64,000 nt of DNA from assembly GCA_003171255.1 (NCBI GenBank), contig PMYK01000054.1, positions 53,910 to 117,909 of the forward strand. Direction: 5' to 3'. Positions 17,783 to 27,248 of this stretch are shown here, piece after piece. The translations under genes and the position numbers were made by a program. The notes beneath the pieces are model-generated. The model was not told the origin of the DNA, searched no databases, and saw only the letters and a list, made by a program, of their open reading frames with translations. Positions within the stretch are counted from its first letter, which is position 1. Each line of letters begins with the position of its first letter. The DNA comes from Chloroflexota bacterium. Lineage in GTDB: Bacteria; Chloroflexota; Limnocylindria; Limnocylindrales; CSP1-4.

Positions 17783-19936
17783 GTGCACATTCCGGACGGG
17801 TACCTGGCGCCGGCCGTCTCGCTCGCGCTGGCCGTGCCGACGATCCCCGTCTGGGCGATTGCCGCGCAAAGGGTCAAGAAGGTCCTCAACAACCGGACGG
17901 TGCCGCTGCTGGCGATCTTCTCCGCGCTGAGCTTCACCGTGATGATGTTCAACATTCCGGTTCCCGGTGGCACGACGGCCCACGGAGTAGGGGGGACGCT
18001 GATCGCCGTCGTGCTCGGTCCGTGGGCGGCGGCAATCGCCGTCAGCACCGCGTTGATTCTGCAGGCGCTCTTCTTTGGCGACGGCGGGGTGTTGGCCATC
18101 TTCGCCAACTGCCTGAACATGGGGATCATCCTGCCATTCGTCGGGTACGGGACGTACCGCGTGCTTGCGGCGGGCTCCGAGATGCTGTCGACGCGACGGG
18201 CCGTTGCGGCCGGCATCGGCGCCTATGTGGGCATCACGGTTGCGGCCGTGGCGGTCGGCATCGAGCTGGGCGTCGAGCCGATCCTTTTCTCGCAGAACGG
18301 CCACGCCCTCTACAGCCCGTACGGACTGTCCGAGGCGATCCCGGCCATGGTCGCAGCTCATGCGTTCGGCGCATCGATCGTAGAGGCCTTGATCACCGGT
18401 CTGGGCGTCGCCTACCTGCAGCGCCGTCACCCCGAATACCTGACCAGACTGGGCCGCATATTCGCTCCCAGCGCCTCCGCCGAGGGCAATGTGTCCCAGC
18501 GGCCGCTGTGGCAGCTCGCAACCGCTGCCGTCGCCGGGGCGGTGGCCGTTCTGGCCGTCGTCGGGCTCGTCGAGGGTGGCGGCGATCCGGCGCGAATGTT
18601 CGGAGCCGACTGGTCACGGGTGGATTGGCCGGCCGTCGGCTCGATGCTGGCGATCACCCTTGCGATCGCGGGAATTCTGATGCCGGTCACCTATCTGCTC
18701 TCGCCACGAGGCGTCAAACGCATGGCTACCGCCTTCGTGGGAATGGCGGTGGTCGCTCCGCTTGGTCTGATCGCGCCGGGCTTCGCATACGGTGAGGGCA
18801 ATACCGCGGACGTGAGGCTGGCCTTTGGGTATGTTCCTTCGGGGCTGAAGGATCTGTCGGGAATCTTCAGCGCCCCGTTGTCGGGCTACGACTTGTCGCT
18901 GCCGTTCTTCTCAGCCGCGAATGCGCCCCTCTGGCACGCCGCCATCGGCTACGAGATCAGTGCCATCATCGGCATCCTGGCCGTTGGCGTTGTCGTCTAC
19001 TGCCTGGCCCGACTACTGAACGGCGGTGCAGATGGCGGGGCCGAAGCCGAGCTTGGGGAGGAAGCCGGGGTCGCGGCTCCTCCGGCTCCGGCACGCCCGC
19101 GAGATGGACGGATCGGCTGGCTCGAGCAAACCCTTGGCGGAATAACCGCCAACATCGAACTCGCCGTCTTCTCTGAGCGACATGCACGGTCCGATGGCTG
19201 GCTCCAGCGCCGCGATCCTCGCGTCAAGATGGTCGGCTCGCTGGCCGCGATCCTGGCGGCAAGCCTGACGAGTTCGATCGCAGGACTCGTCCTGCTATAT
19301 GCGGCCACGCTCGCCGCCGCGCGGGCCAGTCGGGTGCCGTTCGGCTTCTTCGTGAAGCGCGTCTGGCTGGGCATTCCGTTGTTCGCCGGAATCGTGGTCG
19401 TGCCGGCGATCTTCTTCGTGCCCGGTGCTCGTATATTCGACCTCGGGCTGGGGCCGGCCCACCTCGCGCCGTCGTGGAACGGCCTGGCCGGAGCGGTGAT
19501 CTTCGTCAGCCGGGTCGGCGTGTCGGTGTCGCTGGCGGTGCTGCTCGTGATGACGACGCCTTGGGCCGACGTCCTGAAGAGCCTGCGCGCCCTGAAGGTG
19601 CCGCAGGTGTTCGTGCTGGTCCTGTCGATGACCTACCGCTATATCTTCCTGTTCCTGCACACCGCCAACGGCATCCTGCTTGCCCGAAAGAGCCGGGTGG
19701 TGGGCCGAACCAGCGGCGGCGAGCAGCGGCGCTGGATCACCGGCACCATGGGCAACCTGATGAGTCGCGCCTTCAAGATGAGCAATGACGTCTATGCGGC
19801 CATGCTGGCCCGGGGCTTCAGCGGCGAAGTCCGCACCTACAACACCTACCGGATCCGTTTCGCCGACTACGCCGCGCTGGTCGGCGTGGCCTGCGTCGGC
19901 GTCGCGGCGGTGATCGCGGGAAGGATCCTGCCATGA
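17783..19936 (+). CDS. Fused ECF-type Ni/Co transporter membrane components: CbiM/NikM - CbiN/PDGLE-like - CbiQ
   Basis: GTG 17783 lies 6 nt after RBS AGGAGG and gives the N-terminus (M)HIPDGYL required for metal binding in CbiM/NikM. The middle segment has 4 TMs with a degenerate PDGLE-like module. The C-terminal ~260 aa is CbiQ/EcfT-like (RDPRVKMVGSL..., ARKSRVVGR..., RAFKMSNDVYAAMLARGF). Confidence 0.8.
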   Translation: MHIPDGYLAPAVSLALAVPTIPVWAIAAQRVKKVLNNRTVPLLAIFSALSFTVMMFNIPVPGGTTAHGVGGTLIAVVLGPWAAAIAVSTALILQALFFGDGGVLAIFANCLNMGIILPFVGYGTYRVLAAGSEMLSTRRAVAAGIGAYVGITVAAVAVGIELGVEPILFSQNGHALYSPYGLSEAIPAMVAAHAFGASIVEALITGLGVAYLQRRHPEYLTRLGRIFAPSASAEGNVSQRPLWQLATAAVAGAVAVLAVVGLVEGGGDPARMFGADWSRVDWPAVGSMLAITLAIAGILMPVTYLLSPRGVKRMATAFVGMAVVAPLGLIAPGFAYGEGNTADVRLAFGYVPSGLKDLSGIFSAPLSGYDLSLPFFSAANAPLWHAAIGYEISAIIGILAVGVVVYCLARLLNGGADGGAEAELGEEAGVAAPPAPARPRDGRIGWLEQTLGGITANIELAVFSERHARSDGWLQRRDPRVKMVGSLAAILAASLTSSIAGLVLLYAATLAAARASRVPFGFFVKRVWLGIPLFAGIVVVPAIFFVPGARIFDLGLGPAHLAPSWNGLAGAVIFVSRVGVSVSLAVLLVMTTPWADVLKSLRALKVPQVFVLVLSMTYRYIFLFLHTANGILLARKSRVVGRTSGGEQRRWITGTMGNLMSRAFKMSNDVYAAMLARGFSGEVRTYNTYRIRFADYAALVGVACVGVAAVIAGRILP

Positions 19937-20883
19937 CGGAAGCCGCAGTCCAGCGAGTACCCGAGGCCGCGGCGGTGATGCCGGTCGGGTCGGGCGAGGC
20001 GCTGTTCGCGCTCGACGACGTGGGCTACGCGTATTCGAACCGCGTGGTCGCACTCGACGGTATATGCCTGCAGATATGGCGGGGCGAACGCGTTGCGCTG
20101 CTCGGAGCGAACGGCAGCGGCAAGTCCACTCTCCTCAAGATGCTCGACGGCGTGGTGGGTCCGACGCACGGAAAGATGCGCGCCCTGGGTGGTGACGTGG
20201 CCGCCGTCGCCGCCGGCGAGGACGGCTTTCGCTTCCACCGGCAAGTGGGTCTGGTCTTCCAGGATCCAGACATCCAGCTCTTCAGCGCGACGGTCCTCGA
20301 CGACGTCGCCTTTGGGCCGCTTCAGCTCGGCCTCACCAAGGGCGAGGTCCGCGAGCGCTGCGACGAGGCCCTGGCCGCGATGGGAATTGCTCATCTGGCC
20401 GATCGTGCGCCGTTCGAACTGTCGGGCGGCGAGAAGAAGCGCGCCGCCATCGCATCGGTGCTGTCGCTTCGGCCGGAGGTCATCCTGCTCGACGAGCCGA
20501 CGGCGTCGCTCGATCCTCGTACGAAATGGGTTCTCGTCGATCTGATACAGCGGCTCGGCGAAGCGGGACGGACGCTGGTCGTGGCCACGCATGAGCTGGA
20601 CATCGTGCCGCTGATCGCCGATCGGGTCATCGTCCTCAACGAGGAGGGGCGAGTCGTCGCCGATGGCCCGCCGGCAGCGGTTCTGGCGGATCGCGACCTG
20701 CTCGTCCGCGCCAACCTGATCCATGAACACCTCCACGAGCACGGCGGCGCCACTCACTCTCATCCCCACGATGCGGCGGAGGGCCACCACGATCCCGTCC
20801 CGACGAGGCCCGCCGGCCGCCGTCCGACGCCGCAGGCGAAGGCGCGACCGAGCACCGGAGCGAGCGGACCTAGACGTCCGTGA
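19933..20883 (+). CDS. cbiO: ECF transporter ATPase CbiO/NikO with His-rich C-terminal tail
   Basis: ATG overlaps the upstream TGA. Walker A GANGSGKST, signature LSGGEKKR, Walker B ILLDEPT. Tail HEHLHEHGGATHSHPHDAAEGHHD. Confidence 0.85.
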   Translation: MTEAAVQRVPEAAAVMPVGSGEALFALDDVGYAYSNRVVALDGICLQIWRGERVALLGANGSGKSTLLKMLDGVVGPTHGKMRALGGDVAAVAAGEDGFRFHRQVGLVFQDPDIQLFSATVLDDVAFGPLQLGLTKGEVRERCDEALAAMGIAHLADRAPFELSGGEKKRAAIASVLSLRPEVILLDEPTASLDPRTKWVLVDLIQRLGEAGRTLVVATHELDIVPLIADRVIVLNEEGRVVADGPPAAVLADRDLLVRANLIHEHLHEHGGATHSHPHDAAEGHHDPVPTRPAGRRPTPQAKARPSTGASGPRRP

Positions 20884-20910
20884 GCGAGGAGCGCACGGAG
20901 CGGCGCGGGC

Positions 20911-23751
20911 ATGCGCCGGCTGACCGCGGCCGGCCCTGCACCGTTGGGCAAGCCCCGTTCGCGCTCGCGGCCCCCCACGCACGACGGCTCTACCGGAGAG
21001 CGGGCGACACGTCAGAATGGATCGGCCATGGAGAGCCGTCACTCCGGACGGGAGTCCGGTCAATCGACGCAAGCAACGGTTGGCAAGGCCGATCCTGAGG
21101 GCGTGGAAGAGACCCGCGTGTTCAGCCACGAACTTCTCGACAGCGAGACGGAGAGGTCTGCGCGGGAGCGTCTCTTCGATGAGGTGCTGGCTTCGGTTGA
21201 GTTCGTTCTCGTCGCGGATGGTGCTGCGTTCTGGCGCGAGGAGGCCGACCATTCGCTCGTCCTGACAGCCAGCCGCTCCATTTCGCATGACGTCCTGGAG
21301 ATGTTCGACCGCCACGTGACCACGCCGCTGCAGTCGATCATGCAGCGCTGGCCCGAAAGCCCGCTCGTCGCGGTGCCGCTCAACGACCCGACCAACCCGA
21401 TCGCCGAAGAAATCCGCCAGATTACGGACCGAGAGGAGATCGTCGGCCTGGCCGGAGTTCCGTGCCGGATATCGGGCGAGATGCTCGGAATACTTCTCGT
21501 GGTCCACCGCCGGCCGCATCCCTGGACCGTCCGCGACCTCGGCCTTGCCACGGGCCTGGCCGGACAGCTGGCGACGGCGATGCAGAATGGCCGCCTCTAC
21601 GCCTCGATCCGCTCACTCGCCAACAGGCTGACCGCAATCCATGAGCTGAGCCTGCGCCTCAACCAACTCCGCGACGTCGCGGCCATCGGCGAGGCGATCG
21701 TGGCCGAGGTCGGTCGCCTGGTTGACTGCGACACGGTGCGGGTGTACAGACTCGATCCGGAGGGCGTCTTCCGCCCGGTCGCCGCATCCGGCACCTTCGT
21801 CGGGATCGATTCGCCGCCGCTCGAAGCCCTGGCCACGGGTCACGGCGAGACGCTGCCGGGCTGGGTCGCGAAGCGGAACGAGTCGCTCATCATTCCCGAC
21901 GCCTCTGTCGAACGACGTTCCATCTTCCGGTCGACCGTCGGGCCGGAGTCACTCTTGCTGGTGCCCATGTCGTACGGAGACACCGTTCAGGGCGTCCTGG
22001 TGGTCTCCAAGCAAGGCGTCGACAGATACGGCCCCGACGATGAGCATGCGCTCTCGATCTTCGCGCGGTATGCCGCGCAGGCGATCGTGAACGCCGACAA
22101 CATCGAGGAACTCGAGCGCCAGCACACGTTGCTCGAGAAGCAGGTCGCGGCGGAGCGGCAGCTCCTTGACGTCAGCGAGCAGCTTGTCTCCACGCTTGAC
22201 CCCCGGCGCGTCCTGGAGCAGATCGCCGAGACGATCGGCACGGTGGTTCACTACGACCGATTGACCATCTATCGCTACGAGGCAGCTTCGGGCGGCATCA
22301 CGTCGGTCCTGACTCGCGGCGGCTCGGCCGCGGGGGCAGACGGCTCGCCCGACAGTCGGCCCCTCGACGAGGGCCTGACCAGCTGGGTCATCGGTCGAGG
22401 CGATGCCGTGTGCGCCAACGATGTCGGCGATGAGGTTCTCGTGGAAGGCCCTCGAGCGGTCGACGCCAGGGCGCAACCGGCTTCGGCGGAAACGCGTCGA
22501 GCTTCACTGGAGGCCCGGCGTGCCGCCAGGGATGCGCGCACCGCCCAGAACATCATCGTGGTGCCGCTGCGCGTCCACGGCGAGGTGGTCGGAAGCCTCA
22601 ACCTGATACGTGTCGGTGGTCCCGAGGCCCAGTTCAGCGAGCACGAGTTCGAGCTCAGCAAGCTCTTTGCGGGCCAGGCATCGATCGCCCTTCAGAACGC
22701 CGAAACGCACGTAACCGTGTCGTCGCGGGCCGATCTGGACGCCCTTACCGGCCTGCGGAACCACGGCACGTTCCAGCGGGATCTGACGACGATGGTCGAG
22801 GCGGGCCAGCCCTTCTCGCTCCTGATGATGGACCTCGACTCGTTCAAGACTTTCAACGACACCAATGGCCACCCGGCCGGCGACACGCTGCTTCAGACGG
22901 TAGCGAAGGCGATCGTCAGCGCCACGCGGCAGAACGATCGGGCCTACCGCTACGGCGGTGACGAGTTTGCGCTGCTGCTGTTCGGGGCCTCCCGAGCAGA
23001 CGCCGGAGAAGTGGCCAACCGGGTCCGCGTCGCGGTGCGCGAGGGCGTGCGCAGCTCGCCGGTCGGCGGCATCGGTGTGCCCGTCGGTGTCTCCGTCGGG
23101 GGCGCGCACTGGCCGGCGGACGGTCGTTCCAAAGCGGCACTCGTCGAGGCGGCCGACGCGGCCCTATACCGCGCCAAGCGGCAGCGCGGTGAGATGCCGG
23201 GCGCCCTGGAGGCCGCGCGGCACGGGCTGCCGGGCGAGGCAGTGGCGCAGAGTTGGATGGACGTGGCGCGCGGCTTGATCGGCGCGGGAACCATCGGCGA
23301 AGCTGCTTCGGCCATGGTTCACGGGCTCACCGCGCTATGCGATGCGACCGACGCGTTCGTGGCGCTGTCAGAGGAGATCGTCATGACCGGCCCGGCCCTG
23401 GTGGGCGTGGGCGTCTCGGCTTCGGGCGGTGCGAGTGGCGCGAGCGCGGTCAGGAAGCCGGCTCTGGTCCAGGTTGCGGCCAGCGGCGGGTTCATCGCCA
23501 GGCCGCAGTCGATCCGCCGAGGTACGGGTCCGTGGGGACGCGTCTGGCAAAGTGGACTTCAGGGCGCCGAGCACGAAGACGAGGTCGCGAGAGTCGGCGC
23601 GCCGTTGCGTGTCGGCGGCAATGTGGTTGGGGTGGTTGGGGTGGTCGTTGCGGCAGGCAAAGCATCGGACCGGGACTGCGCCGGCGAGATCGCGATGGTT
23701 GCCGATCTGGGTTCCGCGGCCCTGCAGCGGCTGGTCGACGCCAGCGGCTAG
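20911..23751 (+). CDS. Multi-GAF sensor diguanylate cyclase (GGDEF)
   Basis: GAF-like repeats, then LDALTGLRNH...MMDLDSFKTFNDTNGHPAGD...RQNDRAYRYGGDEFALLL (intact GGDEF with an RxxD I-site). An extra C-terminal GAF-like domain follows. Start uncertain; ATG 21028 is an alternative. Confidence 0.85.
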   Translation: MRRLTAAGPAPLGKPRSRSRPPTHDGSTGERATRQNGSAMESRHSGRESGQSTQATVGKADPEGVEETRVFSHELLDSETERSARERLFDEVLASVEFVLVADGAAFWREEADHSLVLTASRSISHDVLEMFDRHVTTPLQSIMQRWPESPLVAVPLNDPTNPIAEEIRQITDREEIVGLAGVPCRISGEMLGILLVVHRRPHPWTVRDLGLATGLAGQLATAMQNGRLYASIRSLANRLTAIHELSLRLNQLRDVAAIGEAIVAEVGRLVDCDTVRVYRLDPEGVFRPVAASGTFVGIDSPPLEALATGHGETLPGWVAKRNESLIIPDASVERRSIFRSTVGPESLLLVPMSYGDTVQGVLVVSKQGVDRYGPDDEHALSIFARYAAQAIVNADNIEELERQHTLLEKQVAAERQLLDVSEQLVSTLDPRRVLEQIAETIGTVVHYDRLTIYRYEAASGGITSVLTRGGSAAGADGSPDSRPLDEGLTSWVIGRGDAVCANDVGDEVLVEGPRAVDARAQPASAETRRASLEARRAARDARTAQNIIVVPLRVHGEVVGSLNLIRVGGPEAQFSEHEFELSKLFAGQASIALQNAETHVTVSSRADLDALTGLRNHGTFQRDLTTMVEAGQPFSLLMMDLDSFKTFNDTNGHPAGDTLLQTVAKAIVSATRQNDRAYRYGGDEFALLLFGASRADAGEVANRVRVAVREGVRSSPVGGIGVPVGVSVGGAHWPADGRSKAALVEAADAALYRAKRQRGEMPGALEAARHGLPGEAVAQSWMDVARGLIGAGTIGEAASAMVHGLTALCDATDAFVALSEEIVMTGPALVGVGVSASGGASGASAVRKPALVQVAASGGFIARPQSIRRGTGPWGRVWQSGLQGAEHEDEVARVGAPLRVGGNVVGVVGVVVAAGKASDRDCAGEIAMVADLGSAALQRLVDASG

Positions 23752-23864
23752 GAGACCGTCCATCGGGCCAGTTCGGCACGGGCGGGCGACGATCCGCCCA
23801 ACGCTCCTATACTCCCCGAAATGCCCAGGCAGCAGCGCTCCCATGTCTTGGCTCGGGTGGCTCG

Positions 23865-25490
23865 ATGAGCGCGCCCTACTTCGTGCCCTTCGCCGAGGTG
23901 GCCCGCAGGGATCGGCCGCGTCGAGTGCTGGTCGTCGGCGCCGCTGTCCTTCTGTCCGCGGTCGTTGGTCTGGTGGCGGCCTGGCATCCCCTGGGCACCG
24001 CGGCCTCGCGCGACAGCGTGAATATCCTCGGACCGAGCGCGGCCTCGTTTGACCCCGCGGTCCAGTCGGACGCGGGCAGCGCCCAGATCGTCTCCCAGAT
24101 ATTCGAGGCGCTTACGGCCATCGACCCGTCAGGCCGCGTCCAACCCGCTCTGGCGGCCGGCTGGGTAACCGACAACGGTGGCAAGCGCGTCGTCTTCCAC
24201 ATGCGTTCGGGGCTCGCCTTCTCGGATGGTTCGGCCCTGAATGCCGGAGACGTGGTCGCGAGCTGGATGAGGGTCATCAATCCGGCTCATCCGAGTCAGC
24301 TCGCCTCGCTGCTCGACGACGTGGTTGGCGCTCGCGCCTACCGCGAGGGGAAGGGGCCGGCCTCCGCCGTCGGACTCAAGGTAAACGGTTCGAGCGACGT
24401 GGAGGTGGACCTGCTCAGCCCCGCGGCCGATTTCGCGGCCATCGCCTCGAGCTCCACGCTGGCGATCGTGCCGCCGGGTCTCGACTCCGATCCGTCGTTG
24501 CTCCAACCTGGGTCGTTCGTGGGTAGCGGTGCATATGTCCTGAAGAACGTCACCGATGTCGAAACGACGCTTACTTCCAACTCTCATTACTGGGCGGGAA
24601 AGCCCTCCATAACCACGATCCACCTGCTGAGCAGCATCGCTGGCAAGAGTCCGGTCTCGGAGTTCGAGGCAGGGAACCTGGACTACACGCCGGTCTCGCT
24701 TTACGACGCCTCGTGGATTGCCTACGACTCGACTCTCGGTCCCTCGCTCCGGATCGAGCCCTCGCCCTCGGTCGAGTTCTACGGCTTCAACACGAGCAAG
24801 GCGCCGTTCAACGACGTTCATGTGCGCCGGGCCTTCGAAATGGGTATCAACTGGCGTCGAATCGTCGGTCTGCTGGACAACCCGCTCGAGGTTCCGGCCA
24901 CCGGCATGGTTCCGCTGGGCGTGCCGGGCCACAGCCCCTCCGACTACGGACCCAAGTTCGACCTCGCCGCCGCAAAGTCGGAGCTGGCCGCGGCGGGCTT
25001 TCCGAACGGAGTCGGCTTCCCCGCCGTCACCCTCGTGACCGGAGGCGCGGCGCTCGACGCGGCGATCATCAGGCAGCTCCATGACAACCTCGGCATCGAC
25101 ATCGGCTATCAGACCGAGGATTGGACGAGCTACAACGAGCGCCTTCTGACCGACCCGCCGGCCATGTGGGAGATGGACTGGGTGGCCGACTACCCGGGCG
25201 CAAACGACTTCCTGGGGCTGCTGCTCGGGTCGGGCAAGACCAACAACTTCGGGGGCTGGGACTCGACCGACTTCGACTCCGCGATTGCCACGGCTCTCGC
25301 CGCGCCCGATGCCACGGCGATGCAACAGGCCTTCGACCGCGCCCAGTCGATCGTTCAGGATCAGGCTCCGGTCATACCGGTCGACTACGGTGCCGGCTAC
25401 TCACTGGCGGCGAAGGGTCTGCTTGGCGCCGCGCCCAACGGACAGGGCCTGGTCCGCTACGCCGGGCTGGCCTGGGCGGCCGGGTCATGA
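23865..25490 (+). CDS. ABC-type substrate-binding protein, family 5 (peptide/nickel type), TM-anchored, orphan
   Basis: Track ORF trimmed to ATG 23865. N-terminal anchor VLVVGAAVLLSAVVGLVAAW. Family-5 features FEALTAIDPSGRVQPALAAGW and FHMRSGLAFSDGSALNAGDVVASW. Confidence 0.8.
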   Translation: MSAPYFVPFAEVARRDRPRRVLVVGAAVLLSAVVGLVAAWHPLGTAASRDSVNILGPSAASFDPAVQSDAGSAQIVSQIFEALTAIDPSGRVQPALAAGWVTDNGGKRVVFHMRSGLAFSDGSALNAGDVVASWMRVINPAHPSQLASLLDDVVGARAYREGKGPASAVGLKVNGSSDVEVDLLSPAADFAAIASSSTLAIVPPGLDSDPSLLQPGSFVGSGAYVLKNVTDVETTLTSNSHYWAGKPSITTIHLLSSIAGKSPVSEFEAGNLDYTPVSLYDASWIAYDSTLGPSLRIEPSPSVEFYGFNTSKAPFNDVHVRRAFEMGINWRRIVGLLDNPLEVPATGMVPLGVPGHSPSDYGPKFDLAAAKSELAAAGFPNGVGFPAVTLVTGGAALDAAIIRQLHDNLGIDIGYQTEDWTSYNERLLTDPPAMWEMDWVADYPGANDFLGLLLGSGKTNNFGGWDSTDFDSAIATALAAPDATAMQQAFDRAQSIVQDQAPVIPVDYGAGYSLAAKGLLGAAPNGQGLVRYAGLAWAAGS

Positions 25491-26836
25491 GCCACGTGCG
25501 ACGCTTCGTCGTCGGCCGCGCTGCGGCAGCGGCCGTTTCCGCGCTGGTCGTGCTGGCCGCATTGGCCGGGCCAGCGGGCGCCGCATCGGTCACCTTCGGT
25601 ACGCCGAGTGCTACGTCCTCCTTCGGGAAGGGGATCGTCTTCACTCAGCCGATCAACGGGTCGGGCTTTGTCGAAGCCGACCTCGTGTACGAGTTGATCG
25701 GCGATGTCGGGCCTACAGTCGTCCGGCTCGACAAACCGGGCACGACGACCCTGACATACACCTTCGACACCTCCAATGGAGAGCTTCAGCCCAACACGCC
25801 TATCACGGCCCACTTCCAGGTGGTCTTCTCCGACGGCAGCACCGAACAGGGGCCGCCAATGCACGTGACCTACCTGGACGACCGATACAACTGGAAGACC
25901 CTGACCGGCCAGCTCATCACGCTCCACTGGTACTCCGGCACCGACGCGTTCGCCCAGCAGGCTCTGACCATGGGCGAGGCCGGCGTCGCCAAGTCGGCCA
26001 AGTTCCTGGGTGTCACCGAGACCAAGCCGATCGACTTCTACGTCTACGCCGACCAGCAGCCCTTCTACGACGCGCTCGGCCCCGGCACCAGAGACAACGT
26101 CGGTGGCATGGCCAACACGGTCACGCGAACTCTCTTCGCGCTCATCGCTCCCAACGAGCTCTCCTATGCCCAGACGGTTGTTCCGCACGAACTCACCCAT
26201 GTGGTTTTCGATGACGCCACCAGCAACCCGTATCACGCGCCTCCGCGGTGGTTGAACGAAGGCTTGGCGGTCTACCTGTCCGAGGGCTACATCAGCAGCG
26301 ACCGATCGCTCGTCTCGGACGCAGCGAACTCCAAGACGTTGATGCCGCTGGCAGCCCTTACAGGTGAGTTCCCCACAACCGCCGATCAGTTCTACCTGGC
26401 CTACGCGGAATCGGTTTCCGCGGCCGACTACCTGATCCGGACCTACGGCCAGGCCGCGATCGACAAGCTGATGACTGCCTATGCCGCCGGCTCGTCCGAT
26501 GACGAGGCCTTTACAGCGGCGTTTGGCGTGGACACTGCCGCGGTCGACAAGGCTTGGCTCTCCCAGAACGGCGTCACGGCATCGCCGACGTTCGGGCCTC
26601 AACCGGCCCCATTGGGTCCTGTGCCGTCCGGTTGGTCGAACGCCGGCGGCGGGTCGGTGGCTACGAGCGGGCCAGATGCCGGCGCCAGCGTCGCACCCAC
26701 GACAGGCCCGGGGCATCCTGCCGGTCAATCGCGAGTCGACAGCACCCCGATCGTGCTGGTGCTGGCCGGGCTGCTGGCCGCCGCCGGGCTTGGTCTGCTG
26801 GCGGCCGCCATGGCCCTGCACGCTCGCACCCGCTAG
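25487..26836 (+). CDS. MA-clan (gluzincin) metallopeptidase, signal peptide plus C-terminal TM anchor
   Basis: ATG 25487 overlaps the SBP TGA. HELTH...WLNEGLAVYLSEGY, an M1-like HEXXH-18-E arrangement. C-terminal TM IVLVLAGLLAAAGLGLLAAAMAL. Confidence 0.7.
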   Translation: MSHVRRFVVGRAAAAAVSALVVLAALAGPAGAASVTFGTPSATSSFGKGIVFTQPINGSGFVEADLVYELIGDVGPTVVRLDKPGTTTLTYTFDTSNGELQPNTPITAHFQVVFSDGSTEQGPPMHVTYLDDRYNWKTLTGQLITLHWYSGTDAFAQQALTMGEAGVAKSAKFLGVTETKPIDFYVYADQQPFYDALGPGTRDNVGGMANTVTRTLFALIAPNELSYAQTVVPHELTHVVFDDATSNPYHAPPRWLNEGLAVYLSEGYISSDRSLVSDAANSKTLMPLAALTGEFPTTADQFYLAYAESVSAADYLIRTYGQAAIDKLMTAYAAGSSDDEAFTAAFGVDTAAVDKAWLSQNGVTASPTFGPQPAPLGPVPSGWSNAGGGSVATSGPDAGASVAPTTGPGHPAGQSRVDSTPIVLVLAGLLAAAGLGLLAAAMALHARTR

Positions 26837-26969
26837 ACACCTTCCCGTGGCCAGCGCCGTTCGCGCCCAGCGGAGCCGTCGGAAGCCTGCACCGCTCAGA
26901 CGCGGCTCTGGTAGATTGAGCGGCCACTATGGGTGACGCCATTCCATCCCTTCACTACGAGTTGCAGTA

Positions 26970-27248
26970 GTGCCTGCCGGTCAGCCTGAAGTCGTCGAGT
27001 TCCGTCTCGGCGATGTCGTTCGTCTGAGGCGGGCTCACCCATGCGGTGGCCGTGAATGGCTGGTGGATCGGCTTGGCGCGGACATCGGCCTGCGCTGCCG
27101 GGCATGCGACCGACACGTGCTGCTGGACCGGCGCAGCGTCGAACGACGCCTGACTGATTTCGTCGAGCGAGGCGATCTGGCCATGAGCCGGGCCGTGGCT
27201 CCGCTGCCACGCGGAGCCGGCGGCAACGCTCCGGACGGGACCCGATGA
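26970..27248 (+). CDS. DUF951 family small protein
   Basis: GDVVRLRRAHPCGGREWLVDRLGADIGLRCRACDRHVLLDR matches the DUF951 pattern (from memory). The stop overlaps the MFS ATG. Confidence 0.6.
   Translation: MPAGQPEVVEFRLGDVVRLRRAHPCGGREWLVDRLGADIGLRCRACDRHVLLDRRSVERRLTDFVERGDLAMSRAVAPLPRGAGGNAPDGTR

Noticed and set aside
19867-21519. 550-aa minus-strand ORF
   Set aside because: It lies antisense to cbiO (clear Walker motifs) and the GGDEF protein. It has no motif and is a shadow ORF.
24129-26821. 398-aa and 454-aa minus-strand ORFs (24129..25325, 25457..26821)
   Set aside because: They lie antisense to the SBP and the HEXXH peptidase. Arg/Gly/Asp-rich, with no recognisable domains.
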